NCBI GenBank assembly: GCA_964411615.1
Contig: CAYPLO010000055.1
Location: forward strand, 1-10,657
Direction of reading: 5' to 3'
Length of the DNA: 10,657 bases
From: an uncultured Aquificales bacterium
GTDB lineage: Bacteria; Thermosulfidibacterota; Thermosulfidibacteria; Thermosulfidibacterales; Thermosulfidibacteraceae
Shown here: positions 1-8,582 of the stretch, one piece after another
How the letters are laid out: each line of letters begins with the position of its first letter
Numbering within the stretch: position 1 is the first letter of the stretch
The notes under the pieces: generated by a model
Told to the model about the DNA's origin: nothing
Database searches by the model: none
Seen by the model: the letters and a program-made list of their open reading frames with translations, nothing else
Position numbers and translations under genes: made by a program

Positions 1-50
1 TCGGTTCTTATCTTCTCAAAGCTCTGTATGCCTATGGGGAGTTTCTTCAT
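1..50 (-). CDS. 5' end (truncated by window edge) of AAA-ATPase-like / PD-(D/E)XK nuclease domain family protein
   Basis: Manual translation from ATG at 50: MKKLPIGIQSFEKIRT..., matching the characteristic N-terminus (KLPIGIQxFxxIR) of the AAA-ATPase_like family, which usually carries a C-terminal PDDEXK_9 domain. Only 16 codons are visible; not in the ORF track. Confidence 0.8.
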   Translation of the reverse strand, partial: MKKLPIGIQSFEKIRT

Positions 51-56
51 ACCTTT

Positions 57-85
57 ATGATACCTGCTGGTGATGGCCAGTGCAA
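57..85 (-). promoter_or_regulatory. Sigma70-type promoter, probably leaderless, for the AAA-ATPase-like gene
   Basis: Minus strand reads TTGCAC (85-80), 17-nt spacer, TATCAT (62-57), AAAGGT, ATG (50). The expected transcription start falls on or next to the A of the ATG. Confidence 0.65.
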
Positions 86-94
86 TCCAGTGAT

Positions 95-3000
95 TTACAG
101 CACTATCCTCTTCTCTTTCTTCCACCTGTGGTCCAGGTAGTAGACTATGGGAACCACCATCCTGGAGAACAGGGTTGAGGCCACCTCTCCCGCCATGAGG
201 GATATGGCCAGTCCGTTGAATATGGGGTCAAGCAGTATGACGGCTGAGCCCACCACAACCGACATGGCAGTGAGCAGCATGGGCCTGAACCTCACGGCCC
301 CTGCGTCTATCACCGCGTCTTCCAGGGACATGCCCTCTGCCAGCCTCAGCTCTATGAAGTCTGCAAGTATTATAGAGTTTCTCACCACTATCCCTGCTCC
401 GGCTATAAAGCCTATCATGGAGGTGGCTGTGAAGAAGGCACCGGCCAGGGCGTGGGCGGGTATGATTCCTATCAGGGAGAGGGGGATGGGTATCATAATG
501 GTTATGGGGGCAGAGTAGGACCTGAACCAGCCCACTATGAGCATGTATATGAGCACCAGAACGGCGGCGAAGGCCAGCCCCAAATCCCTGAAGACTTCGT
601 AGGTTATCTGCCACTCTCCATCCCACTTTATGGCGTATCTTTTCGCGTTATCGGGAGGCTGCCTTGTGTAGTATATGCCTATCTTTCCACCGTCGGGGGC
701 CCTCATCCGGTTGAGCTCTCTGTTTATCTTGAGCATGGCATATACGGGGCTTTCCTCTTTGCCTGCCACATCACCTATCACGTATACCACAGGCTTCAGG
801 TTCTTGTGGTAGATGGGATGCTCTATGGTGGTCTTCTTTATGCTTGCTATCTCCCCTAAGGAGACCAGTCTCCCACTTAGGCTCTTCACCTTTACCGATT
901 TCAGCTCGGGTATCCCCGACCTTCTCGGCTCTGGATACCTGAGAACCAGATAGACATCCTCCCTCTCCTCAGGTATGTGCACCAGCCCCACCGCCTCCCC
1001 CGATAGAGCGGCCCTGAGAACCTCAGCCACCCTGGCAGGTGGAACACCCATGCTGAGGGCCTTGTCCCTCTCCACCACTACCCTGTACTGGGGCTGGGGG
1101 TCGGTCATGTACCAGTCTGTATCCACCACCCCCGGTGTGTGGTCGAAGACGTCCAGAATCTCTCTGGCCAGCCTAATCTGGTCCTCGTAGTCTGGGCCGT
1201 AAACCTCTGCCACCAAGGTGTCCAGAACGGGTGGCCCTGGTGGCACCTCTACCACCTTAACCCTTGCACCGTATTTGGCGGCTATCTCGTGTATCTTGGG
1301 CCTCACCCTCTTGGCTATCTCGTGGCTCTGGAGTTTCCTCTCGTGTTTGGGTAGCAGATTCACCTGTATGTCCGCCACATTGGCGCCACGTCTCAGGTAG
1401 TAGTGCCTGACCAGTCCGTTGAAGTTGAAGGGGGCCGCCGTGCCTATATACAGCTGGTAGTCCGTAACTTCAGGCTGTTTAGCCAGAAACTGGCCTATGT
1501 CCTCTGCCACCTTCATGGTTCTTTCAAGAGAGGTGCCCTCAGGCATGTCTATTATCACCTGGAACTCGCTCTTGTTATCAAAGGGGAGCATCTTCACATA
1601 GACCAGCTTGAAGTAGAAGAGGGAGCAGGATGCCAGAAGAAGCACAAAGACGAGGCCCAGAAAGCTCCATCTCCACTTCCAGTCCCTTATGAGGTGCCCC
1701 ATGAACCATCTGTAGAGGCGTGTGAATACGTCCTCCTTCTCCCCCTTGAAGGCCTCCTTCTCTGACCTGAGGAAGTGGTAGGCGGTCCACGGGGTTATCA
1801 CGAAGGCCACAGCCATGGAGAAGAGCATGGCCACCGAGGCCCCTATGGGCATGGGCCTCATGTAGGGTCCCATAAGCCCCCTTACGAAGGCCATGGGCAG
1901 TATGGCGGCAATCACCGTGAAGGTGGCGAGAATCAGGGGACTTCTCACTTCGTTTACCGCATCCACTATGAGCCGCTTGAAGTCCTTTCCCCTGTTTTCG
2001 GGCATCCTCACGTGTCTCACGATGTTTTCAACATCCACGATGGGGTCGTCCACCAGAAGTCCTATGCAGAATATAAGGGCAAATAGGGTTACCCTGTTCA
2101 GGGTGTACCCGTGCAGGTAGTAGATGAAGAGGGTTATGGCTAAGGTGACGGGAACCGCTATGGATACCACCAGACTTGCCCTTATCCCCAAGAATAGGGC
2201 CACAAGAACAACCACAGCACCTGTGGCTATGAGCATGTGCTCTATGAGCTCGTTGGACTTCTCCTTGGCGGTGGCCCCGTAGTTCCTGGTGATGGTGATG
2301 TTCACGTCATCCGGGATTATGACCCCTTTTAGGGAGTTCACCTTCTCAATAACCTTGTGGGCTAGGATGGTGGCGTTCTTCCCCTTTCTCTTGGATATGG
2401 CCAAAGAGACGGCGGGATAGAGGGTGCCGGGCTTTGCTTCTATTCCTTTCTCAGCAGCAGCTGCCCCTGCACCGAAAAGGACATAGCTTTCGGGCTCCTC
2501 TGGCCCGTCGTAGATTCTCGCCACATCCTTCAGAAACACCGGCTTTCCGTTTACGACCTTTATCACAGTGTACTCAACATCCCTCTTTGAGGCGAAGAAG
2601 TTGTCAAGCTTCACGGAGAACTGGGTATCTTTCCTGTAGAAACTGCCAGGGTAGGATGAGACGTTCTGCAGTGTCAGCATCTGTTTCAGGTCCACAATGT
2701 CCATACCCAGACTGGCCAGCTTTTCAGGGTCCACTTCAACCCTTACCTCACGCCTTAAGCCTCCTATGATGCTGGTTTCTGAGATGCCGAAGATGGTGCG
2801 GACCTCGTCGTTGACCCTCTCAACGATTCTCCTGAGGGTGTATCCGTCGTAGCCCTTGCCCCAGAAGGTGAGAACCAGGAAGGGCACATCGTCTATGGTT
2901 CTGATTTTCAGCAGTGGCCTGGAGCATCCGGGGGGTATCCAGTTCAGGTGTGAGTAGAGCTTGTCGTAGGTTTTAACCAGGCTCTTCTCCGGGTCCTCTC

Positions 3001-3334
3001 CCACGAAGAACCTCACCACAACCAGAGCCCTTCCAGGCATGGCCGTTGAGTAGACGTATTCAACGCCCGGTATTTCCCATATGAGCTTCTCCATGGGGGC
3101 CACAACCCGCTGTTCCACCTCCTTTGGGGAGGCCCCTGGCATGGAGACAAAGATGTCTATCATGGGAACCACAATCTGGGGCTCCTCTTCGCTTGGGGTG
3201 TTTATGGCGGCGAATACTCCGAGGAGCAGGGCGAACACGATGATGATTGGGGTGAGCTTGGAGTCCACAAAGGCCTCTGTTATCTTTGAGATGAATCCAG
3301 TGTGATGAATCACGGGGTGCTGTTCTTTACTCAA
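95..3334 (-). CDS. RND efflux transporter permease subunit (AcrB/AcrD/AcrF family), 1079 aa
   Basis: Two-repeat RND topology (1 TM + large periplasmic loop + 5 TM, twice). Motifs PGASPKEVEQRV, TLNRVTLFALIFCIGLLVDD, GIVVRNSII, RFRPMLLT. TTG start overlaps the adaptor stop by 8 nt, with GGAG upstream. Confidence 0.95.
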   Translation of the reverse strand: MSKEQHPVIHHTGFISKITEAFVDSKLTPIIIVFALLLGVFAAINTPSEEEPQIVVPMIDIFVSMPGASPKEVEQRVVAPMEKLIWEIPGVEYVYSTAMPGRALVVVRFFVGEDPEKSLVKTYDKLYSHLNWIPPGCSRPLLKIRTIDDVPFLVLTFWGKGYDGYTLRRIVERVNDEVRTIFGISETSIIGGLRREVRVEVDPEKLASLGMDIVDLKQMLTLQNVSSYPGSFYRKDTQFSVKLDNFFASKRDVEYTVIKVVNGKPVFLKDVARIYDGPEEPESYVLFGAGAAAAEKGIEAKPGTLYPAVSLAISKRKGKNATILAHKVIEKVNSLKGVIIPDDVNITITRNYGATAKEKSNELIEHMLIATGAVVVLVALFLGIRASLVVSIAVPVTLAITLFIYYLHGYTLNRVTLFALIFCIGLLVDDPIVDVENIVRHVRMPENRGKDFKRLIVDAVNEVRSPLILATFTVIAAILPMAFVRGLMGPYMRPMPIGASVAMLFSMAVAFVITPWTAYHFLRSEKEAFKGEKEDVFTRLYRWFMGHLIRDWKWRWSFLGLVFVLLLASCSLFYFKLVYVKMLPFDNKSEFQVIIDMPEGTSLERTMKVAEDIGQFLAKQPEVTDYQLYIGTAAPFNFNGLVRHYYLRRGANVADIQVNLLPKHERKLQSHEIAKRVRPKIHEIAAKYGARVKVVEVPPGPPVLDTLVAEVYGPDYEDQIRLAREILDVFDHTPGVVDTDWYMTDPQPQYRVVVERDKALSMGVPPARVAEVLRAALSGEAVGLVHIPEEREDVYLVLRYPEPRRSGIPELKSVKVKSLSGRLVSLGEIASIKKTTIEHPIYHKNLKPVVYVIGDVAGKEESPVYAMLKINRELNRMRAPDGGKIGIYYTRQPPDNAKRYAIKWDGEWQITYEVFRDLGLAFAAVLVLIYMLIVGWFRSYSAPITIMIPIPLSLIGIIPAHALAGAFFTATSMIGFIAGAGIVVRNSIILADFIELRLAEGMSLEDAVIDAGAVRFRPMLLTAMSVVVGSAVILLDPIFNGLAISLMAGEVASTLFSRMVVPIVYYLDHRWKKEKRIVL

Positions 3335-4469
3335 TGGTGTCTCCCTCCCTGACCGTTCTGGTCCCCTCCGCCACTATCACGTCCCCCTCCCTCAGTCCTG
3401 ACAGGACCTGATACCATCTGGCCTTCTCCTTCCCGAAGATGCTGGCGGGAACCCATCTGTTCTCCCACCTTGTGCATGGGTAGCCAAGCCTCACTATCTG
3501 AAGATGGATGGTCCCTTTACCATCCACAGTGTACACGGCTTTGAGGTTGCCCCTTTTCACAAGGGCACTTGAGGGGATTATGATGGTGTTGCTCCTGAGG
3601 GTTGGTATCAGGAGCCTGCCGAATCCTCCAGGGTGGAGCCCCTTCCTGTCTATAAGCAGTCTCACGGTGAAGGTGTCGGTTTCGGGGTCTATCTGGGGGG
3701 AGAGGGCAATCACCCTTCCCTTAACAACTTCCCCTGTCTGCTCTATGTAAACGGGAAGGTTCTCTTTGTATTTCAAGTACTTGAGGAGATTGCTGTCGGG
3801 ATGGGCCACAAACTCCAGATGGGGCTTGTCCGAAACCATGGTTATCAGGGGAACTCCGGGATTGATGAAGGTTCCTCTGTCCACCAGCCTTCCCGTGATG
3901 GTCCCGTCCAGTGGGGCCCTTATGACGGTATATGCGAGGGTGGCCTCAAGGGCCCGGCGCTCTTCCCTTAGCGAGCTGAGCTCCTTTTTAAGTGCCTCCA
4001 CCTGGTTTTTTAAAGAGAGATAACGGCTTTTCGCCCTGTCGTACTCCTCTTCGGTGGCGGCGGCCTCTTTAAATAGCCTCTTGAACCTCAGGTAGTTCTT
4101 GTAGGCGTAATCCAGCTGGGCCTTGAGGGCATCTATCCTCCTTTTTACCCCAAGCTCGCGGCTCTTAAGTGAGGATATCCTGGCCCTTATTTGGGAATCG
4201 TCCACCTTTATCAGCACCTGTCCCTTTGAGACGTGCTGCCCCTCTCTCACCAGAACAGCTTTGACAATTCCCTGAATCTTGCTGGCTAAGGATACGGTCT
4301 CCTGTGATTTGAGCCTTCCCGGAACAGGGTAGTAGTCCTGGAAGGCGGCACTTTTGAGCCTTAAGGTTTTGGCCTTTACCCTCCGCTGGGCCGGTGGCTG
4401 GTGCTCCCTGCTGCTGTTGCAGGCCGTAAGCAGGGCTAATACAACTAAGGGTAGTGCTATCCTTCTCAC
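3327..4469 (-). CDS. RND periplasmic adaptor (membrane fusion protein), predicted lipoprotein, 380 aa
   Basis: Lipobox LTAC after a hydrophobic signal. Lipoyl half-motifs (VLVREGQHVSKGQVLIKVD; IRAPLDGTI) flank a coiled coil. C-terminal VLSGLREGDVIV. GTG start with GGAGGT 5 nt upstream. Confidence 0.93.
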   Translation of the reverse strand: MRRIALPLVVLALLTACNSSREHQPPAQRRVKAKTLRLKSAAFQDYYPVPGRLKSQETVSLASKIQGIVKAVLVREGQHVSKGQVLIKVDDSQIRARISSLKSRELGVKRRIDALKAQLDYAYKNYLRFKRLFKEAAATEEEYDRAKSRYLSLKNQVEALKKELSSLREERRALEATLAYTVIRAPLDGTITGRLVDRGTFINPGVPLITMVSDKPHLEFVAHPDSNLLKYLKYKENLPVYIEQTGEVVKGRVIALSPQIDPETDTFTVRLLIDRKGLHPGGFGRLLIPTLRSNTIIIPSSALVKRGNLKAVYTVDGKGTIHLQIVRLGYPCTRWENRWVPASIFGKEKARWYQVLSGLREGDVIVAEGTRTVREGDTIE

Positions 4470-4472
4470 CTT

Positions 4473-5828
4473 CTACCTCCCGCTGATTCCTACGAACCTT
4501 AGAAAGGTTCCCTTGGCGAACTCCGTCTGGTAAACCGACATCACATATCCGTACAGGGCACCGAGGTACATGGACTGGGCCTCCTCCAGGTACCTCTGGG
4601 TATCGGTGAGCTCCGTTATGGTGGCCAGTCCCTGACCGTACCTTCTCTCCATTATCCTCAGGCTCTCCTCAGCCTCCTTTACGCTTTCCTTAGTGAGCCT
4701 TACCCTCTCCCTGGCGTCCTCAAGCCTCTTCACTGCGCTTATGACCTGCAGTTCCACCTGCTTCTTTAAGTAGCTGTAGTTGTATTCCTCTTTTAATCTG
4801 GCGGCCTTTGCCCTTTTAACCCTGTACTCCCTTGAGAGCCCGTCAAAGAGGTCTATCTTCAGCACCCCTCCAATTGCCCAGCTGGACTGCTCCCCCTGCA
4901 GTGGATAGTTGTGCCCGTACCAGGTGAAGGAGGAGGTGAGGTCCACCTGGGGCAGGTACCTTGACAGTGCTATCTTAACCTGCCTTCTGGCTATCTCCAC
5001 CTTCAGCTTCTGGGACCTTAGGTCCTTCCTGTTCTTTAGAGCCTCTTCAATTCCCTCCTTTACGCTGGGACGATAGCTCCTTAGCTTGCGATAAAGCTCC
5101 TCAAGGTCGTTTTCAGTATCGGTTGGGGTTTCGGGGCTTCTCCCCACAAGGAGACTGAGCCTTCTGCGGGCTATCTCTAGGGATGTCCTTTCCCTTATCA
5201 GCTTCTCTTCTGCTTTCGTGAGGTACACCTTGGCCTTTAGCACGTCCGATTTCAGGGCTGCTCCTGCCCTGTACCTGCTCTCCGCCTGCTTCAGGTGATA
5301 CCTGGAGCTTTCCACGTAGGAGGCGGCCGCCTTCACCCTGCTCTTCAGCCAGGCCACCTCAAGGTAGGTCCTGGCCACCTCTAAGGCCACCTCTTCCTCT
5401 GTCATCCTGCTCATCATAAGGGAGGATGTGGCTGCCAGCCTTTTGGCCTCTGTTGCGTTCTTTATGGCTCCGCCGTGGTAGAGGGGGTAGGAAAGGTTTA
5501 TGGAGGAAGAAAAGCTGGTGACGGCGGATGGGTTGTTGAAGCCTTTGAGGTTCATCATGCCGGGGTCCACATCTGCCCTGCTCATCTTGGACATCCATAC
5601 GAAGGGTGGGTTGTTGGACCGCATCCCTTCTGCCTGGAACCAGAGTTTGGGAAAGAGCTGGCCCCTGGTCTCTTTAAAGGCGAACTGGCTCTCTCTGTAG
5701 CCCCAAAGGCTGCTTTTAATCTGCTCGTTGTGGATGAGGGCTTCCCTTATGAGTTCTTTCAGTCCCTCCGCTCCCAGGGGGCCACTCAGAATGGTTAGGG
5801 CAAGAATTGTAAAAAGGGCTCTTCTCAT
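4473..5828 (-). CDS. TolC-family outer membrane efflux protein, 451 aa
   Basis: Signal peptide MRRALFTILALTILSGPLGA; two OEP repeats (LFPKLWF / YLPQVDL; YPLYHGG / IDLFDG; RYRAGAALKSDVL / RYGQGLATITEL). Start moved from 5843 to ATG 5828 because GGAGGT lies just upstream of it. Confidence 0.92.
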   Translation of the reverse strand: MRRALFTILALTILSGPLGAEGLKELIREALIHNEQIKSSLWGYRESQFAFKETRGQLFPKLWFQAEGMRSNNPPFVWMSKMSRADVDPGMMNLKGFNNPSAVTSFSSSINLSYPLYHGGAIKNATEAKRLAATSSLMMSRMTEEEVALEVARTYLEVAWLKSRVKAAASYVESSRYHLKQAESRYRAGAALKSDVLKAKVYLTKAEEKLIRERTSLEIARRRLSLLVGRSPETPTDTENDLEELYRKLRSYRPSVKEGIEEALKNRKDLRSQKLKVEIARRQVKIALSRYLPQVDLTSSFTWYGHNYPLQGEQSSWAIGGVLKIDLFDGLSREYRVKRAKAARLKEEYNYSYLKKQVELQVISAVKRLEDARERVRLTKESVKEAEESLRIMERRYGQGLATITELTDTQRYLEEAQSMYLGALYGYVMSVYQTEFAKGTFLRFVGISGR

Positions 5829-5852
5829 AACCACCTCCAGCATGGTTGGCTT

Positions 5853-5881
5853 TCATTAGAAAAATCTAATCAATTTGTCAA
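5853..5881 (-). promoter_or_regulatory. Putative sigma70 promoter of the tolC-adaptor-permease operon
   Basis: Perfect TTGACA at 5881-5876, inside the last codons of the transglutaminase gene, followed by an AT-rich spacer. The -10 is ambiguous: TAATGA at 17 nt or TCTAAT at 15 nt. Confidence 0.55.
5855..5870. promoter_or_regulatory. Palindromic operator-like site ATTAGA-N4-TCTAAT
   Basis: Perfect 6-4-6 inverted repeat, extendable to TTcATTAGA-aaaa-TCTAATcAA (5852-5873), overlapping the promoter spacer and -10. Confidence 0.65.
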
Positions 5882-7759
5882 GTGTTGTGATTGTGGAAGC
5901 TTTCTCCTTATATCCCTAAGGACCCTTTCCTGCTCCTCAAGGTTGTTCACCCCTCCGTAGGCGTGGGCGTAGTACAGCTCCAGGAACTTTTTAAGATTGC
6001 TCTCTAAGTGGGGGAGGCTGCACCACACCTCGCTGAGATACTCCTTCAGGGTCTGGTTGGGCCTCTTCTCAAAGCCCCTCTTCTCAAGCAATGCTATCAA
6101 TCTGTTTACTGGTCTTCTGACTTCAGTGCCTGTGCCCTTTAAGGCTCTGTGTAGGAGCAATACCAGAATCAGGGCAGCCGTTGTCCAACCCACTACCTTC
6201 GCTGGAGGAACTTTGGGCTTCAGCGCGAAACTTTTTGCCTTTAAGAACAGCCTCTTCTGCTTGAGGAAGTCGTATTCAATGACCCAGTAGTACCACTTGA
6301 GCTGGAGGTAGTCTATGAGAAGGGATATGCGGGAGGGCCTTTTGGGTCTCGTTGCAGCTCTTGCCGATACGTTACTTGGGGTGGGGTCAAGCTCAACCCA
6401 TCCCCTCTGGGGCAGGTAGGCTTCAACCCACGCGTGGGCATGGCTCTGCCTCAGTATGTAGTAGTGGCCCAATGGGTTCCATTCTCCGCCAGCGTATCCT
6501 CCCACTACCCTAGCAGGTATCCCCAGGCTTCTGAGTATGAGGACCGCAGCCGATGCGAAGTACTCGCAGTGCCCTCTCTTACCCTTGAATAGGAACCAGA
6601 GGGTTGGCTCCCCTTCCGGCCTTCCGGGATGCAGGGTGTATGTGTAGTTATCCCTGAGAAACTCCAGCACCCTCCTCACCGTCTCCTGGGGGTTCTTCCC
6701 CTTCAGCCTCTGGGCTATGGGCATCAGTGCCATTTTGAGATTTTTTGGAAGGGACAGGTACTCCTCAGGCGGCTCGTCCACCCCTACGCTGAAGGAGCCA
6801 CCCACCCTGTATGCGGCAGGTCCTGTGGTCTCTTGGGAAAGTGCTATGGTGCCTCCCTCTGCTATGTAGGCCACGGGCCCCTTTACCCTTTTGACCTGGA
6901 TTGCGTATCCGGGAAGGGGGATTCCTGTGGTGCCTATGCTGGGTAACACCTCAACGGTAAAGTCCGTATCTTTTGGGACAGGTGTGATTCTCCTTCTCGT
7001 GGCCCTCCATACGCCGTTGCTGTAGCTCTTGTAGACGAAAACCCTAAATCTGGGTTGTGGGGGCCTCTTCCCCTTAATCCATACCACCCTGAAGGCCACG
7101 TCGTTGTCTTCAAGCAGGGCCGAGACGTTTCCGGGGGCCACCCTATCCGTCAGCCCCGTCTTCGCCACACCGTAGGGGGAGGCGAATACGGTGAACTGGG
7201 GTCTGGGAAGCGTGATGAAGTAGAAAGCCGTTATTGCAACCATGGCCGTGGTGCCCGCCACCCCGAACCCCGTGAGGCTCAGGGCCGTTCTCAAAGGGAT
7301 AGAGTGCGACTCTGTTGCCCCATAGAGCATCATCAGCCCGCACACGCATGCGAGGGCTTCTGCTGTGAAGACAGCGGCGTAGGAGATGTCCACCACCATG
7401 ACCGCTGCTCCCACGGCGGCCAGGAGGTTCAGCAGATACACCTGCAGCAGGTCTCTCACCCTGTAATCTCCCGACAATTTGAGGGCCCCTATGACGAGCA
7501 GCATTCCCATGAGGTTGGGAATCAGCTCGTTCAGGTCCGCATGCGTAAGGGCGAGTATCAGAAAGGGCGTTGCTATGAGCACCTGAGTTCTGAGGCTGAG
7601 CCTTCCCTTTGCTCCCGCTGCAAGTATCCCTAAGGAGGCGAGGGTGTAGTGCATGGGAACCAGTCTGCCGAGATACACAATCCATAGGAGGAGACCTGCA
7701 AGGGCAAGGTAGAAGGCAACTTTGAGAGGCTTCACCTCACGCAAGGGCCAGCTCCTCAA
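5870..7759 (-). CDS. TgpA-like membrane protein: multi-TM N-terminal domain (DUF3488/TgpA_N-like) + transglutaminase-like domain + DUF4129-like tail
   Basis: About six N-terminal hydrophobic segments ending FITLPR. Catalytic triad motifs GHCEYFASA (Cys codon 6568-6566), HAHAWVEAY (His 6436-6434), ELDPTP (Asp 6388-6386); LGIPARVVGGY. A further TM is followed by KRPNQTLKEY...YYAHAYG. Start uncertain: TTG 7759 or GTG 7735. Confidence 0.9.
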   Translation of the reverse strand: MRSWPLREVKPLKVAFYLALAGLLLWIVYLGRLVPMHYTLASLGILAAGAKGRLSLRTQVLIATPFLILALTHADLNELIPNLMGMLLVIGALKLSGDYRVRDLLQVYLLNLLAAVGAAVMVVDISYAAVFTAEALACVCGLMMLYGATESHSIPLRTALSLTGFGVAGTTAMVAITAFYFITLPRPQFTVFASPYGVAKTGLTDRVAPGNVSALLEDNDVAFRVVWIKGKRPPQPRFRVFVYKSYSNGVWRATRRRITPVPKDTDFTVEVLPSIGTTGIPLPGYAIQVKRVKGPVAYIAEGGTIALSQETTGPAAYRVGGSFSVGVDEPPEEYLSLPKNLKMALMPIAQRLKGKNPQETVRRVLEFLRDNYTYTLHPGRPEGEPTLWFLFKGKRGHCEYFASAAVLILRSLGIPARVVGGYAGGEWNPLGHYYILRQSHAHAWVEAYLPQRGWVELDPTPSNVSARAATRPKRPSRISLLIDYLQLKWYYWVIEYDFLKQKRLFLKAKSFALKPKVPPAKVVGWTTAALILVLLLHRALKGTGTEVRRPVNRLIALLEKRGFEKRPNQTLKEYLSEVWCSLPHLESNLKKFLELYYAHAYGGVNNLEEQERVLRDIRRKLPQSQHLTN

Positions 7760-8582
7760 GCATCCTCTTTATGTGTTCCGTTCCCCTGCCGGCCGGTATT
7801 CTCTTTTCGGGCAGGATAAGCCCCACCTCGTACCCTTCCTCTGATAGTCTCAGTATGTTCCATGCGGCTCTTTCAACCGCATCTTCGGAAATTTCCCCGA
7901 CCCTCACGAAGACCCTGCTTCCACCTGTTCCCTCAAACTCCTTGACCATGGGGAATCCCCTTCTTGCAAAGGCCATCCAAGCGATTCGGCTCTTCTTATC
8001 TCCCTCTCTGTACTCCCTCACCCCTTTCAGCTCCTCTTCCCCTTCCCTTCCCGCTCTGGAGTATCCTCCATCTTTATCCTCCACCAGCCTATTGACTCTG
8101 CCCGGTGTTGGATGGGGCAGCACCAGCACCTCTGTTTCCACCTCAATCCTACGCTTGCGCCGGAACAGCCCTAAGGGAAAGCCTGAAGAGAGCCAGACCT
8201 CCTGCATGTGGACCTTTCCCCTTCTCTGGAAGGTGAGCCATCCCGTGATGACCTGCTCCCTCCTTACATGCATCACCCTGGCACTTCCGTATGGAGTCTC
8301 TATTCTGATGAAGAAGCACGGCCACACAGGCCCTCTCACCCTGAACCTGAAGGGAGCCGGACTTCTGGCGAAGACCATCTCGGGAGACTCTATATCAACC
8401 TCTATGAATCCCAGATTGGCCACCGATAGCACCCCCGATACGCTCATGAGGGCAAGAAGCGCAGAGGTGGCAAGGTACAGCAGGTTGTTCCCCGTGTTTA
8501 TGGCGGCAAGGGCCACCGCCAGTGTCAGCCCTATCACAACGTATCCCGGGGTGGTTATCTTTACCCTGTACCTTCTTCTCAA
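7737..8582 (-). CDS. DUF58 domain-containing membrane protein, 281 aa
   Basis: N-terminal TM hairpin with AAINTGNNLLY; RRG...FPLGLF...VLVLP; DUF58 core GVREYREGDKKSRIAW. TTG start overlaps the moxR TGA (TTGA). Confidence 0.9.
   Translation of the reverse strand: MRRRYRVKITTPGYVVIGLTLAVALAAINTGNNLLYLATSALLALMSVSGVLSVANLGFIEVDIESPEMVFARSPAPFRFRVRGPVWPCFFIRIETPYGSARVMHVRREQVITGWLTFQRRGKVHMQEVWLSSGFPLGLFRRKRRIEVETEVLVLPHPTPGRVNRLVEDKDGGYSRAGREGEEELKGVREYREGDKKSRIAWMAFARRGFPMVKEFEGTGGSRVFVRVGEISEDAVERAAWNILRLSEEGYEVGLILPEKRIPAGRGTEHIKRMLEELALA

Noticed and set aside
95..3334. Naming the permease acrB or cusA/czcA
   Set aside because: Family membership is clear but orthology is not; I could not identify the diagnostic metal-efflux motifs.
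5829..5843. TolC start at ATG 5843
   Set aside because: This stretch contains the GGAGGT ribosome site for ATG 5828, which begins a clean signal peptide.
5855..5870. Palindrome as an intrinsic terminator
   Set aside because: The AU-rich 6-bp stem is too weak and has no following U-tract on the coding strand; an operator fits better.
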